From positions 8,197 to 72,196 of the forward strand of contig DATFFB010000214.1 in assembly GCA_035250485.1 (NCBI GenBank): a stretch of 64,000 bases of DNA. The letters are read 5' to 3'. This stretch comes from Acidimicrobiia bacterium. Its GTDB lineage: Bacteria; Actinomycetota; Acidimicrobiia; Spongiisociales; ZC4RG35. Of the stretch, positions 1 through 9,791 are shown piece by piece. Positions within the stretch are counted from its first letter, which is position 1, and every line of letters begins with the position of its first letter. The position numbers and the translations under genes are program-made. The notes below the pieces were generated by a model. That model did no database searches, was not told where the DNA came from, and was given only the letters and a program-made list of their open reading frames with translations.

Positions 1-1489
1 CCTCGTCGGGGATGATGACGCTTCGCCGGGGATTGGCGAACTTCTCTTTGATCTCTCTGAGGTCGCTCTTGATGATCTCCCGCCGCCGGGCCGGGTCGGC
101 GAGGATTGCCTTGAGGTCGGCGATCAATTCGACCAGGGCGGCGTGTTCCTCGCGGAGCTTGCCGACCTCGAGGGCCGTGAGGCGACGCAGCGGCATGTCG
201 AGGATGGCATTGGCCTGGATCTCAGAAAGCTCGAAACGCTCCTGGAGACGGGAGCGGGCGTCGGCGGTGTCCTTCGAGGCCCTGATCATCGCCACCACCT
301 CGTCGATGTTGTCGACGGCGATGATGAGGCCTTCGAGGATGTGGGCCCTCGCTTGCGCCTCTTCCAGGCGATGCTGGGTACGACGCTCGATGACCTCCAT
401 CTGATGGTCGAGGTAGTAGCCGACCATTCCCGCCAGGTTGAGGGTGCGGGGGATGCCGTCGACCAGGGCGACCATGTTGGCGCCAAAGCTCTCCTGGAGC
501 GGAGTGTTCTTGTAGAGCTGGTTGAGGACGACCTGGGGAACCGCATCCTTCTTCAATTCGATAACGAGACGGATGCCCCGCCGGTTGTCCGACTCGTTGC
601 GCACGTCGGCGACGCCCGCGAGCCTCTTCTCGTCGACCAGGATTCGGATCTTCTCCATCACTCGCTCGATCGACACCTGATATGGCATTTGAGTGACGAT
701 GAGAGCGGTCCTCCCCTTCCTCACCTCCTGGGGCTCGGCCACCGCCCGCATCCGGATTGAGCCCCGACCCGAGGCCAGATACTCCCTGATCCCGGTGCTT
801 CCAACCAGGTATCCGCCGGTGGGGAAGTCTGGCCCCTTGACGAACCGCATGAGTTCTTCGGAGTCGGCGTCGGGATTGTCGATCAAGTGGAGACAAGCGT
901 CGATCATCTCCCCCAGGTTGTGGGGAGGAATGTTTGTGGCCATCCCCACCGCGATGCCCTGGCTGCCATTGACCATGAGGTTCGGGAAGCGGGCGGGGAG
1001 AACCGTTGGCTCTTCGGACTCCCCCGCATAGTTCTCGACGAAGTCGACCGTGGACTCGCCGATCCCCTCCAGCAGTCGCATGGAAAGATGGGTAAGCCGG
1101 CACTCGGTGTAGCGATCGGCCCCGGGAGGATCGTCGATGGTTCCGAAGTTTCCCTGGGGATCGATGAGCTGGTGACGCATCGAGAAGTCTTGACCCATTC
1201 TCACGAGGGCGTCATAGATGGCCTGATTGCCGTGGGGGTGGTAGTTCCCCATCACCTCGCCGACCACCTTGGCGCACTTGCGGTGCGGCGTGGTGGGCCC
1301 GATGTTGTTCTCGAACATCGAGTAGATGATCCGCCTCTGCACCGGCTTCAAGCCGTCGCGCACATCCGGGAGAGCGCGCGAGACGATGACCGACATGGCG
1401 TAGTCGACGAAGGACTGCTCCAGCTCGGCATTGATGTCGATCGCCCCGATGCCGTGGCCGTTTCCGTTGCTGGGGATGCGGTCAGTCAT
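1..1489 (-). CDS. gyrA: DNA gyrase subunit A (N-terminal ~496 aa; C-terminal part lies beyond window start)
   Basis: Reverse-complement translation from ATG at 1489-1487 reads MTDRIPSNGNGHGIGAIDI...YHPHGNQAIYDALVRMGQDF...FPTGG...; the ORF has no stop before position 1. Directly downstream of gyrB on the same strand. Confidence 0.95.
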   Translation of the reverse strand, partial: MTDRIPSNGNGHGIGAIDINAELEQSFVDYAMSVIVSRALPDVRDGLKPVQRRIIYSMFENNIGPTTPHRKCAKVVGEVMGNYHPHGNQAIYDALVRMGQDFSMRHQLIDPQGNFGTIDDPPGADRYTECRLTHLSMRLLEGIGESTVDFVENYAGESEEPTVLPARFPNLMVNGSQGIAVGMATNIPPHNLGEMIDACLHLIDNPDADSEELMRFVKGPDFPTGGYLVGSTGIREYLASGRGSIRMRAVAEPQEVRKGRTALIVTQMPYQVSIERVMEKIRILVDEKRLAGVADVRNESDNRRGIRLVIELKKDAVPQVVLNQLYKNTPLQESFGANMVALVDGIPRTLNLAGMVGYYLDHQMEVIERRTQHRLEEAQARAHILEGLIIAVDNIDEVVAMIRASKDTADARSRLQERFELSEIQANAILDMPLRRLTALEVGKLREEHAALVELIADLKAILADPARRREIIKSDLREIKEKFANPRRSVIIPDE

Positions 1490-1492
1490 GGC

Positions 1493-3439
1493 TCAAATGT
1501 CGAGGAAGCGAACGTCCTTGGCGTTCTGTTGGATGAACAACTTCCGCTGGGCGACATCGTCGCCCATCAGCACCGAGAAGAGCTCGTCGGCGGCCAGAGC
1601 ATCGTCGACGTCCACCCGCAACAGGGTGCGGGTCTCGGGATCCATGGTCGTGACCCGAAGCTCCTCGGCGTCCATCTCTCCCAACCCCTTGAAGCGAGCC
1701 GCCTTCACCTTCGGGTGCTCCTTACGGAACTCGGCCAATTCGGCATCGTCCTTCAGGTAATGGACCTTGGAGCCAACCTTGACCCGATACAGGGGCGGCT
1801 GCGCCAGATAGACATAGCCAGCCTCGATCAGCCCGCGCATATGGCGGAAGAGAAAGGTAAGGAGGAGGGTTCGGATGTGTGACCCGTCGACATCGGCGTC
1901 GGCGAGGATGATCACCTTGTGGTACCTGGCCTTTTGGAGGTCGAACTCGTCTCCGATCCCGGTCCCCACGGCGGTGATGAGGTCGATGATTTCGGTGTTC
2001 TGGAGGGCCTTGGCCAGTCGGGCCTTCTCGACGTTGAGGATCTTTCCGCGGATCGGCAGGACGGCCTGGGTATGTGAATTGCGGCCCTGCTTGGCCGGGC
2101 CGGCGGCCGACTTTCCTTCGACGATGAATAGCTCCGCCTCCTCGGGGTTGCGGGTGGAGCAATCGGCCAGCTTGTCGGGGAGTCCTCCCGATTCGAGCCC
2201 CGACTTGCGGCGGGTGACGTCGCGGGCTTTGCGCGCCGCCTCCCGCGCCTTGGCGGCGGTGATGCACTTGTCGACGATCCGGCGAGCCTCGGACGAGTAG
2301 CGCTCGAGCCATTCGGGGAGATGACGGTTCAAGATCTTCTCGACGTAGGAGCGGATCTCGGTGTTGCCGAGCTTGGTCTTGGTCTGGCCCTCGAACTGGG
2401 GAACCCTCACCCGAACCGAGATGATGGCGGTGAGGCCCTCGCGGATGTCCTCGCCGGTGAGGTTCTCTTCCTTCTCCTTCAACAGGCCCTTGGTGCGGGC
2501 GAAGGCGTTGATGGCATTGGTGAGGGCCTTGCGAAAGCCCTCCTCATGGGTGCCACCTTCGTGGGTGTTGATGTTGTTGGCGAAGGAGTGAATCGATTCG
2601 GTGTAGGTCCCGGTCCACTGCATCGCCAGCTCGAGCTCCGCGTCGGTAGAACGGTCGATGATCTCGATGACGTGAGGATGGACCGGTTCCCTGGTGGAGT
2701 TGAGATGCTTGACGAAATCGAGTAGGCCTCCTTTGAAGAGGTAGGTTTCCGAGCGGGGATCGGGCTGTCCGTCTAAAGCCCGCTCATCGGTCAGCACGAT
2801 CTCGAGGCCGCGGTTGAGATAGGCCAATTCCCGGAGCCGGGTGGAGATGGTGTCGTAGTCGAAATCGGTGGTATCGGTAAAGATCTGTGTGTCGGGCCAG
2901 AAATTGATCGTGGTTCCGCTGTTCTTCTTCCAGGGCTTTAGCTTTTCGACCTTGGACAGCGGCTTGCCACGGGCAAAGCTCTGGCCCCAGACAAATCCGT
3001 CGCGGCGGACCTCGGCATCGAGCTTTTGAGAAAGGGCGTTAACTACCGAGACGCCGACACCATGTAATCCGCCCGAAACGGTGTAGGCCCCCTGCTCGAA
3101 TTTTCCCCCGGCGTGGAGGGTCCCCAGAACCACCGTGAGGGCCGATTGCCGGGTCTTGGGATGGATGTCGACGGGGATGCCGCGGCCGTTGTCGATCACC
3201 CGCACGCCGCCGTCGGCCAAAAGCGTCACCTCGATTCGGGTCGCAAAGCCGGCCATGGCTTCGTCGACGGCGTTGTCGACCACCTCCCAGACCAGGTGGT
3301 GGAGGCCCCGGGGACCGGTCGTGCCGATGTACATGCCCGGCCGTTTGCGTACCGCTTCGAGACCCTCGAGGACGGTGATGTCCCGAGCGTCATACGAGGA
3401 ATTTCCGTTGGTAGCGGCCAAATCAGCTCCTGGCGACAA
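1493..3439 (-). CDS. gyrB: DNA gyrase subunit B
   Basis: 648-aa ORF with GyrB hallmarks (GHKL ATPase segment [20 protein letters not shown], Toprim/EGDSAGG-like region, C-terminal [18 protein letters not shown]). Confidence 0.97.
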   Translation of the reverse strand: MSPGADLAATNGNSSYDARDITVLEGLEAVRKRPGMYIGTTGPRGLHHLVWEVVDNAVDEAMAGFATRIEVTLLADGGVRVIDNGRGIPVDIHPKTRQSALTVVLGTLHAGGKFEQGAYTVSGGLHGVGVSVVNALSQKLDAEVRRDGFVWGQSFARGKPLSKVEKLKPWKKNSGTTINFWPDTQIFTDTTDFDYDTISTRLRELAYLNRGLEIVLTDERALDGQPDPRSETYLFKGGLLDFVKHLNSTREPVHPHVIEIIDRSTDAELELAMQWTGTYTESIHSFANNINTHEGGTHEEGFRKALTNAINAFARTKGLLKEKEENLTGEDIREGLTAIISVRVRVPQFEGQTKTKLGNTEIRSYVEKILNRHLPEWLERYSSEARRIVDKCITAAKAREAARKARDVTRRKSGLESGGLPDKLADCSTRNPEEAELFIVEGKSAAGPAKQGRNSHTQAVLPIRGKILNVEKARLAKALQNTEIIDLITAVGTGIGDEFDLQKARYHKVIILADADVDGSHIRTLLLTFLFRHMRGLIEAGYVYLAQPPLYRVKVGSKVHYLKDDAELAEFRKEHPKVKAARFKGLGEMDAEELRVTTMDPETRTLLRVDVDDALAADELFSVLMGDDVAQRKLFIQQNAKDVRFLDI

Positions 3440-3654
3440 CGTCTGGTCGGGGGCAATCGGGGCGGCGGCGAAGGCCGGAAAATTGGCCCGATTGCACGCT
3501 TGTAATTATAGCCGTTCGACCCGCCCCCGGACAGCCTCTTGGAGGCTCGAAAAGCTCGTTTCGCGGCGTCGCTTCCCCCCTCCCGGCTTCGCCGGCTCTC
3601 CCGCCTGCGGGGGGAGAAACAAGTCGTGTCAGCGCGCTGGAGTACCGTCCCCTG

Positions 3655-4740
3655 GTGCGTCTCTCCTGGCTCCAACTGCACAGCTTTCGCTCCTACCCCG
3701 CGCTCGAGTGGCGTCCCGATCCCGGGGTCAACATTCTCGTCGGCCGCAACGGAGCGGGAAAGACGAACGTCCTCGAAGCGATTGGGTTCTTGGCGAATCT
3801 GCGCTCCTTTCGCGGCGCTCCTGAGGAAACACTGATTGCCCACAATGCTGAGGCCGCGGTACTCCGTGGTGAAGAGTCTGATGCCGAGGCGCTGGTTGAA
3901 GTGGAGATCACACGCAAGGGTGGAAGGAGAACGCGGATCGGTCAGAAGTCGATTGGGCGCACCTCCGATCTGCGATCGGCATTACGGACGGTTGCCTTCC
4001 TTCCCGACGACCTCGACCTCGTCAAGGGCTCCCCGGCCGGCCGGCGCGAGCTCCTAGACGATGTCGCCACCCAGATCTGGCCCGGAGCGGCCCTCGATCA
4101 AGCCGAGTTCGATCGCACCCTTCGGCAGCGCAACGCCTTCCTCAAGCAGGGCGACCGCGATACAGCCACGCTCGAGGTATGGGACACCCGCCTGGCGCAA
4201 GCTGCCGCCAAGGTCATGGGTCGGCGGGCGCGGGCGGCAGCGGCGCTGGAAGAGACCCTGGTCGAGTCATACGGAAGGATCGCCGGCGAAGAGACCAGCG
4301 TGCGATTCGCCTATCAGTCAGATTGGGGGGGAACCCTCGACCCCACCACTCCGGCCAGCGAGTGGGCGACAAGCTTGACGGGGGCCCTGCGCGAGCGCCG
4401 ACGCCTCGACTTCGAGCTAAGGACAACCGGAAGCGGTCCCCACCGCGACGACCCGGCCATCTCCCTTGGTGGGCAAGGCAGCCGCCATCAGGCCAGCCAG
4501 GGGGAGCAACGAACCCTGGCCCTGGCGCTGCGCCTTGCTACTCACCGCGCCGTTTCCCTGCAAACCGACCGCATGCCGCTGCTGCTTCTTGATGATGTTT
4601 ACTCCGAGCTCGACCCCGAGCGTGCGAAAGCACTCACCGATGCCCTTCCTGAAGCCCAGACCTTCGTCTCCACCACACGCCTCGATGAGGTTCCGGTACC
4701 AGGTCGGGCGTGGCAGGTCTCGGAGGAAGACATCCGATGA
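3655..4740 (+). CDS. recF: DNA replication and repair protein RecF
   Basis: GTG start; N-terminal Walker A segment VGRNGAGKTNVLEAI and a C-terminal SMC/RecF signature. Orientation is opposite to the flanking gyrB and dnaN genes. Confidence 0.93.
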   Translation: MRLSWLQLHSFRSYPALEWRPDPGVNILVGRNGAGKTNVLEAIGFLANLRSFRGAPEETLIAHNAEAAVLRGEESDAEALVEVEITRKGGRRTRIGQKSIGRTSDLRSALRTVAFLPDDLDLVKGSPAGRRELLDDVATQIWPGAALDQAEFDRTLRQRNAFLKQGDRDTATLEVWDTRLAQAAAKVMGRRARAAAALEETLVESYGRIAGEETSVRFAYQSDWGGTLDPTTPASEWATSLTGALRERRRLDFELRTTGSGPHRDDPAISLGGQGSRHQASQGEQRTLALALRLATHRAVSLQTDRMPLLLLDDVYSELDPERAKALTDALPEAQTFVSTTRLDEVPVPGRAWQVSEEDIR

Positions 4741-5036
4741 GCGGTAAGCCTGAGGCCTTGGACTCCGTCCTCTCCCGGATACTCGGAAACCTTGGGCTTC
4801 CGCCGCCCGATCTCCTCCCCCGCCTCCAGCAGTCCTGGGACGATCTCGCCGGACCCCCTTGGGCCGGTCAGTCCTCACCCCTTCTGCTGCGGCGGGGCGA
4901 ATTAGTGGTCGAGTCGGCTTCCTCGCAGCTGGTCTCGATCCTGCGCTATGCCAGCGGCGAGCTCTTACGACGCCTCGACGAGGAGCTGGGGCCAGGGAGA
5001 GTCGACACCATTCGAGTGATCTCGTCGCGGCGGTAG
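4737..5036 (+). CDS. DUF721-domain protein (RecF-associated; Rv0004 / DciA-like family)
   Basis: ATG overlaps the recF stop (ATGA). About 100 aa, small basic protein; this is the conserved position of the DUF721 gene after recF in actinobacterial origin regions. Confidence 0.7.
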   Translation: MSGKPEALDSVLSRILGNLGLPPPDLLPRLQQSWDDLAGPPWAGQSSPLLLRRGELVVESASSQLVSILRYASGELLRRLDEELGPGRVDTIRVISSRR

Positions 5037-5073
5037 ACGCCATCTCCGCGATCCCCCCTTGGAGCTTTGAAGG

Positions 5074-6153
5074 CTAGATCCGGACTGGCATCAGCAGGTA
5101 GAGGAAGCCACCTTCGCCGCCGTCGTCGAGGACGCTGGCCTTCAGGGAGTCGATCATGCGAATACGAACCTTGTCCCCCGCGATCACCGACACCCCATCC
5201 GACAGGTACCGGGGATTGAAGGCGATCAGGATCTCTTCCGGTCCCACGAATTCAGCGTCGAGATGCTCCACCTCGCCGCCCACGTCCTGGCGGGTGACAT
5301 TCACCTCGACCCCACCATTGCCGATCTTGAGACGAACCGGAATGTGATCCTCGGCGACGAGCGTGACCCGTCCGAGGGCCTCGAGAAGCGCCTCTTTCTC
5401 CATCAACACCTGGGCGGGATAGCTCTCCGGGAGAAGGGAGCGATACTTCGGAAAGGACCCCTCGATGAGCCGCAGCCGCAATGATCCGCGGTCAGAGGAG
5501 AAGACAGCCTCCCGACTAGCCATACCTGCTTGCACTTTCGGAGCCCCAATGGTGCGTGCCAGTTCTCGCAAGCCCCGCGCTGGCACCAGACCCGATCCGA
5601 TGGATCCCATCCCCGGTAGGTCTCGCACCGAAAGTCGGTAGGAGTCCGTTGCCACCAGTCGTAGCCCTTCGTCAGAGGGCTCGAACAAGACCCCGGTCAG
5701 GATGGGCCGGGCGCTATCCGACGACGAGGCCACCACTACTTGGTTAAGGCCGTTAACTAATTCCTCACCGTCGACCTCGACGCCATCGACTGGGCTCATG
5801 TCCAGATTCGGATAATCATCGAGGGTGAGCGTGCGAAGGGTGAAGCGAGGTCCTTTGCCTTGAATCTCGGCATCGCCACCGCCGACCGACATGGTCACCA
5901 CCCCGGGCGGCATCTTCCGCACTGACTCGGCCAGGAGTCGCCCCGGGACCACCGCCCGTCCTTCCTCCATCACCTCCACCGGACCCGACGTGGTCACCGT
6001 GACCTCGAGGTCGGTTCCGGTGACGGTCAGGACCCCCCCGCTCGCCTCGCACAAGAGCCCTTGCAGGACCGGAAGCGCCGATCGCGCCGCGACCGCCCGA
6101 TTCGCGCGGCTGAAGATGTCGGCGAGGTCGTCGCGCTCACCCCTGATTTTCAC
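5074..6153 (-). CDS. dnaN: DNA polymerase III beta sliding clamp
   Basis: 359-aa ORF with three-domain beta-clamp architecture and the conserved C-terminal LYLLMPVRI. Lies downstream of dnaA on the same strand. Confidence 0.95.
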   Translation of the reverse strand: MKIRGERDDLADIFSRANRAVAARSALPVLQGLLCEASGGVLTVTGTDLEVTVTTSGPVEVMEEGRAVVPGRLLAESVRKMPPGVVTMSVGGGDAEIQGKGPRFTLRTLTLDDYPNLDMSPVDGVEVDGEELVNGLNQVVVASSSDSARPILTGVLFEPSDEGLRLVATDSYRLSVRDLPGMGSIGSGLVPARGLRELARTIGAPKVQAGMASREAVFSSDRGSLRLRLIEGSFPKYRSLLPESYPAQVLMEKEALLEALGRVTLVAEDHIPVRLKIGNGGVEVNVTRQDVGGEVEHLDAEFVGPEEILIAFNPRYLSDGVSVIAGDKVRIRMIDSLKASVLDDGGEGGFLYLLMPVRI

Positions 6154-6342
6154 AACGGTTTCTTCCTTCCTGGTTCTACTAAAGAATTCTTATAAGAAAC
6201 TTAGAAGAGGTAGTAGGGGTTGGGGAAACCGGGGAAAAAGCCGTTTCGCCTTCTGGCAAGGGGCTTTTGGTGCCAACAGCGCCTGGGGATTGTCTTCCAA
6301 CTTCTCCCCCGGTGCCGGCGACGCATTTCACATGGGGTCAAC
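6154..6342. promoter_or_regulatory. dnaA-dnaN intergenic region, candidate oriC / DNA unwinding element
   Basis: 189-bp non-coding gap containing the most AT-rich stretch in the vicinity (ctactaaagaattcttataagaaacttagaag). Weak DnaA-box-like 9-mers are present (TTATCCCCC, TTGTCTTCC). This is the canonical oriC location in Actinobacteria. Confidence 0.4.
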
Positions 6343-7983
6343 TTATCCCCCTCTTTTCCGCAGCTGCTGGAGGAGGCTGTGGACACGATCGAACACCGCT
6401 CGATCGGATCGGATCACCCGCTTGACCTTGTCTAAGGAGTGGATGACGGTGGTGTGATCGCGTCCCCCAAACACCTCTCCGATCTTGGGGAGAGAGAGAT
6501 CGGTCAGCTCCCGGCAGAGATACATGCCCACCTGACGACACATCACGAGTGGTTGGCGGCGGCTAGGGCCCTGCACCTCCGCCACCGAAAACCCATAGGA
6601 ATCCGCGGCGGCGGCGATGATGTCGAGTGCCTGCAATGGAGCCCCGCTCTTCTTGCCGTGGTCCCCGAGGACCTTCTCGGCCATCGGGAGGTCGATCTCG
6701 CGGTGGGTGAGGGCTGCAAAAGCAGTGACTCTCGTTAAAGCTCCCTCCAGCTCGCGGATGTTGTCTGAGACGGTGCTGGCGATGTACTCGAGCACTTCCT
6801 GCGGCACCCGCTTTGGTGCGAATTCAGCGCCCCGCCTCAGTATCGCAAGGCGAGTCTCGAGAAGTGGGGGCTGAATATCGGTGACCAGACCCCATTCGAA
6901 CCGAGAGCGAAGCCGATCCTCGACGGTGAAATTCCGGGGATGGCGATCTGAGGTGATCACGAGCTGCTTACCGAGTTGGTGAAGGGTGTTGAAGGTGTGG
7001 AAGAACTCCTCGAGGATTTGCTCCTTGCGTTCGAAGAACTGGACATCGTCGAGGAGGAGGACGTCGGTGCTCCGGTAGCGATGCTTGAAATCATCGACCC
7101 GCTTCCGCCGAATGCAATCGATGAAGTCGTTGAGGAACTTCTCTGAGGTGACATAACGGACCAAAAGATTCGGATAGAACTCGTGGACGTGGTGGCCGAC
7201 GGCATGGAGGAGGTGGGTCTTGCCGAGGCCGGCTCCGCCGAAGATGAAAAGGGGGTTGTAGGAGACTCCCGGTTGATCCGCCACCGCTTGGGCGGCCGCC
7301 AGGGCGAATTGGTTTGATTCTCCCTGGATGAAGTTTTCGAAGCGGTATCGCCCAAACAGGGGTGAAGGATTGGTCTCGTATCGAGGTTCGACTTCGGAGG
7401 CGGACGGATGAGAAGGGCTCACGCTGGGCTCGAGCAATGCTGAAGGAGGGTCGGCCTCCTCCTCCGAGCCCGGGAGATAGGGCGACAGACTGACCAGCGA
7501 GAAAGTCATTTCCGAGCCGAAGATCTGGTGAAAGATGGATTCGATCTGCTTTCCGTGCTTCTCCTCGACCCATGTGCGGTGGAACTCATTGGGGGCGATC
7601 AACGTCAGCTGCGTCGCCCCCAGCTCCGGTTGAAGTTTGCCCAGCCATTTCTGCCAGTTGGCAGGAGAGACGGAGCCCCGCAAAGTCGTTTGAAACTCCT
7701 CCCACTGACGCGATGTCGCCTCCTCGAGCGTAAATCCGTGCACTCGTCCCTCCCTCCGGAGACCGGTTTCCCACAAAACCTTCCACAGCTGTGGAAATCG
7801 ATCCCAACCAAAAAAACTCGGCGACCTCGCGGCCGCGAAACGGCTCCTCACTCCCTGCCGGCGAGCCGGCGTTCCCACCGCGGACGCGTCGAACCAAGAC
7901 TCCTCTAGGGGAAGTGAGTCGGTCTGCGTACGCAGCGGCGAGCGATTGTGCAGGGGTTGACAGGAGGCGTCAAGAGCGCGCAA
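6343..7983 (-). CDS. dnaA: Chromosomal replication initiator protein DnaA
   Basis: AAA+ motifs ([13 protein letters not shown]; sensor/box VII), domain I ([10 protein letters not shown]...) and the C-terminal DNA-binding domain. The true start is probably internal, for example the in-frame GTG near 7851; the longest ORF adds about 45 aa of non-conserved N-terminus. Confidence 0.93.
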   Translation of the reverse strand: MRALDASCQPLHNRSPLRTQTDSLPLEESWFDASAVGTPARRQGVRSRFAAARSPSFFGWDRFPQLWKVLWETGLRREGRVHGFTLEEATSRQWEEFQTTLRGSVSPANWQKWLGKLQPELGATQLTLIAPNEFHRTWVEEKHGKQIESIFHQIFGSEMTFSLVSLSPYLPGSEEEADPPSALLEPSVSPSHPSASEVEPRYETNPSPLFGRYRFENFIQGESNQFALAAAQAVADQPGVSYNPLFIFGGAGLGKTHLLHAVGHHVHEFYPNLLVRYVTSEKFLNDFIDCIRRKRVDDFKHRYRSTDVLLLDDVQFFERKEQILEEFFHTFNTLHQLGKQLVITSDRHPRNFTVEDRLRSRFEWGLVTDIQPPLLETRLAILRRGAEFAPKRVPQEVLEYIASTVSDNIRELEGALTRVTAFAALTHREIDLPMAEKVLGDHGKKSGAPLQALDIIAAAADSYGFSVAEVQGPSRRQPLVMCRQVGMYLCRELTDLSLPKIGEVFGGRDHTTVIHSLDKVKRVIRSDRAVFDRVHSLLQQLRKRGG

Positions 7984-7992
7984 TCCGCGCTT

Positions 7993-8001
7993 GTGGATAC
8001 T
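7993..8001. promoter_or_regulatory. DnaA box (TTGTGGATA, reverse complement of TATCCACAA)
   Basis: 8/9 match to the TTATCCACA consensus, located in the dnaA-rpmH divergent region. It is followed by an AT-rich segment (tcgatcgtatctatatagg) and a putative TTGACA -35 element for rpmH. Confidence 0.5.
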
Positions 8002-8185
8002 GTCAATGCCCTCAATCGATCGTATCTATATAGGTTTTTCAGGCGACGAGATCCCCGGTGTCACGTCTTTTGCCCATGACGGGGAAACTGCTTTTTTTTC
8101 GCGAGAGCCTTGCTTTGACACAAATTCCGTCGGCGCAATATCCTTGACCCGTCCGCCCACCCCGTATGTCGGGGTGATTGCCACT

Positions 8186-8320
8186 ATGAAAAGAACCTTC
8201 CAACCCAAAGTACGCCGCCGGAAAAGGAACCACGGATTTCGTCACCGTATGGCCGATCGAGCCGGGCGGGCGATCCTCAAGGCTCGTAGGGCCAAGGGTC
8301 GCAAGCGGCTCGCCGCCTGA
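8186..8320 (+). CDS. rpmH: 50S ribosomal protein L34
   Basis: [44 protein letters not shown], 44 aa, canonical L34. Divergent from dnaA. Confidence 0.95.
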   Translation: MKRTFQPKVRRRKRNHGFRHRMADRAGRAILKARRAKGRKRLAA

Positions 8321-8322
8321 CG

Positions 8323-8649
8323 CGGCCCCCCGTCGTCCGGCCCGTTTCGCTTAAGAACAGGGCCGATTTTCGCCGGGTTCTCGATACCGGTCGGCGTCGC
8401 AAGGTAGGCGGGCTTTTGGTTGTCCGCAGCCCTGGCGAACCCGACCAGATCCGCATCGGGTTGGTGGCAGGGAAACGAATAGGAAATGCAGTGCAGCGAA
8501 ATCGAATCAGGCGCCGCCTTCGGGCGGCGGCAGGCGACGCCGAGGTGCCAGTCGGTTTCGACTATGTGTTGATCCCGGAACGGGAGGCTGCCGACGTCCC
8601 CTACCCGCGGCTGGTCGAATGGGTGACCGCCGCCTGCCGACTCGACTGA
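8323..8649 (+). CDS. rnpA: Ribonuclease P protein component
   Basis: Translation from immediately after rpmH gives ...SLKNRADFRRVLDTGRRRKVGGLLVVRS...RIRRRLRAAAGD... (RnpA RNR motif). No canonical ATG/GTG/TTG lies upstream of the conserved N-terminus; the first in-frame TTG is at 8416. Start is unresolved, hence lower confidence on boundaries. Confidence 0.75.
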   Translation, partial: RPPVVRPVSLKNRADFRRVLDTGRRRKVGGLLVVRSPGEPDQIRIGLVAGKRIGNAVQRNRIRRRLRAAAGDAEVPVGFDYVLIPEREAADVPYPRLVEWVTAACRLD

Positions 8650-8654
8650 CTCAC

Positions 8655-8921
8655 ATGGCAATTTCAGGGACCCGCACATCAACTCAACAGCGCCCCCTTT
8701 CCGCGCTGGCGGTTTTTCTGATCGTTGTCTATCAGCGATTGCTGAGTGTCCGCCTGGGCCGCAATTGTCGCTATTTCCCGAGCTGCTCGCAGTACGCGAT
8801 CGAGGCGATCGATCTTCACGGCGTTTTCCGCGGGGGCCTGATGGGTCTGCGACGCCTGAGCCGGTGCCACCCATTACATCCTGGGGGGCTTGACCCGGTC
8901 CCTCCCGCCAGGACGCGGTAA
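8655..8921 (+). CDS. yidD: Membrane protein insertion efficiency factor YidD
   Basis: Conserved motif CRYFPSCSQYAIEAIDLHG, about 88 aa. Overlaps the rnpA end and abuts yidC. Confidence 0.8.
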   Translation: MAISGTRTSTQQRPLSALAVFLIVVYQRLLSVRLGRNCRYFPSCSQYAIEAIDLHGVFRGGLMGLRRLSRCHPLHPGGLDPVPPARTR

Positions 8922-9773
8922 ATGGGCGAAATCTTCAACGGTCTCCAGAACGCCCTCGGCAGCGCCCTGGCGTTCTTCTACGACCTAGTTCCCTCCTATG
9001 GGCTGGCGATCATTCTCCTGACCGTGGCGGTGAACCTCCTCTTGTTCCCGCTGACGCTCAAGCAAACCCGTTCGACTAGGGCGTTCACCGCGATTCAGCC
9101 TGAGATTCGTCGCATCCAGAAGGAGTACAAGGACCGGCCCGAGGAGATGCAAAAGGAGTTGATGCGCGTCCAGCGGGAGGCCGGTGCCACTCCTGGGGGG
9201 TGTCTCCTTCCACTCATCGTCCAGTTTCCGATCTGGTTGGCGCTTTTCCAGGTCCTCAACGCCCCGGGCCATATCCCGGAGGGATCGGCTCTGGCGAATG
9301 CCATCGCCGCCGGCGAAAACCGCTTCCTAGGCATGAATCTTGGCACCCGCGTCTCTGAGGCGGTCTCGGCGGGCATCGGCTCAGCCCTTCCATATCTGGG
9401 CATGCTGGCGGTGATGGTGGCCAGCCAGTACATCCAGACCTGGCACGCCACCTCCGGCCAGGCCCGTCCCGACAATCCCCAGGCCGCCGCCGGTCAGGCG
9501 GTCAGTCGGATCATGCCGCTCTTCATCGGGATCGTCTCCTACAACTTTCCGGCCGGATTGGTCCTCTATTGGATGACTGGAAATATTTTCCGGCTACTCC
9601 AACAAATTGTGATCTTCAAGATCGACGGCAGGCCGCAGCTTGTGCCCGCCGATACGGGCCGTCAGGTTGCCGGCAAGGAGGCAACGCGGAGCAAGGCGGA
9701 TAACAAGGAGCCGGAGATCCGAAAGGCGCAGCAGGGTGCGGTCGACAAACGGCGTCGCCGCCGGCGGAAATAG
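8922..9773 (+). CDS. yidC: Membrane protein insertase YidC (short Gram-positive/actinobacterial form)
   Basis: 283 aa with multiple TM helices and YidC/Oxa1 core motifs (…NLLLFPLTLKQ…, …YNFPAGLVLYW…). ATG is adjacent to the yidD TAA stop. Confidence 0.93.
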   Translation: MGEIFNGLQNALGSALAFFYDLVPSYGLAIILLTVAVNLLLFPLTLKQTRSTRAFTAIQPEIRRIQKEYKDRPEEMQKELMRVQREAGATPGGCLLPLIVQFPIWLALFQVLNAPGHIPEGSALANAIAAGENRFLGMNLGTRVSEAVSAGIGSALPYLGMLAVMVASQYIQTWHATSGQARPDNPQAAAGQAVSRIMPLFIGIVSYNFPAGLVLYWMTGNIFRLLQQIVIFKIDGRPQLVPADTGRQVAGKEATRSKADNKEPEIRKAQQGAVDKRRRRRRK

Positions 9774-9791
9774 CAAGAACGAGGAAGTGAA

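Noticed and set aside
222-2312. Several 100-330-aa ORFs on both strands inside gyrA/gyrB (222..1103 -, 887..1882 +, 1722..2312 -)
   Set aside because: They overlap the well-supported gyrA and gyrB frames; low-complexity R/P/G-rich translations; GC-rich alternative-frame artefacts.
6343-7983. Using the longest ORF as the dnaA start
   Set aside because: The first ~45 codons ([20 protein letters not shown]…) precede the conserved DnaA domain I and overlap the region expected to hold DnaA boxes and promoters. An internal GTG near 7851 is more plausible, but it cannot be fixed from sequence alone.
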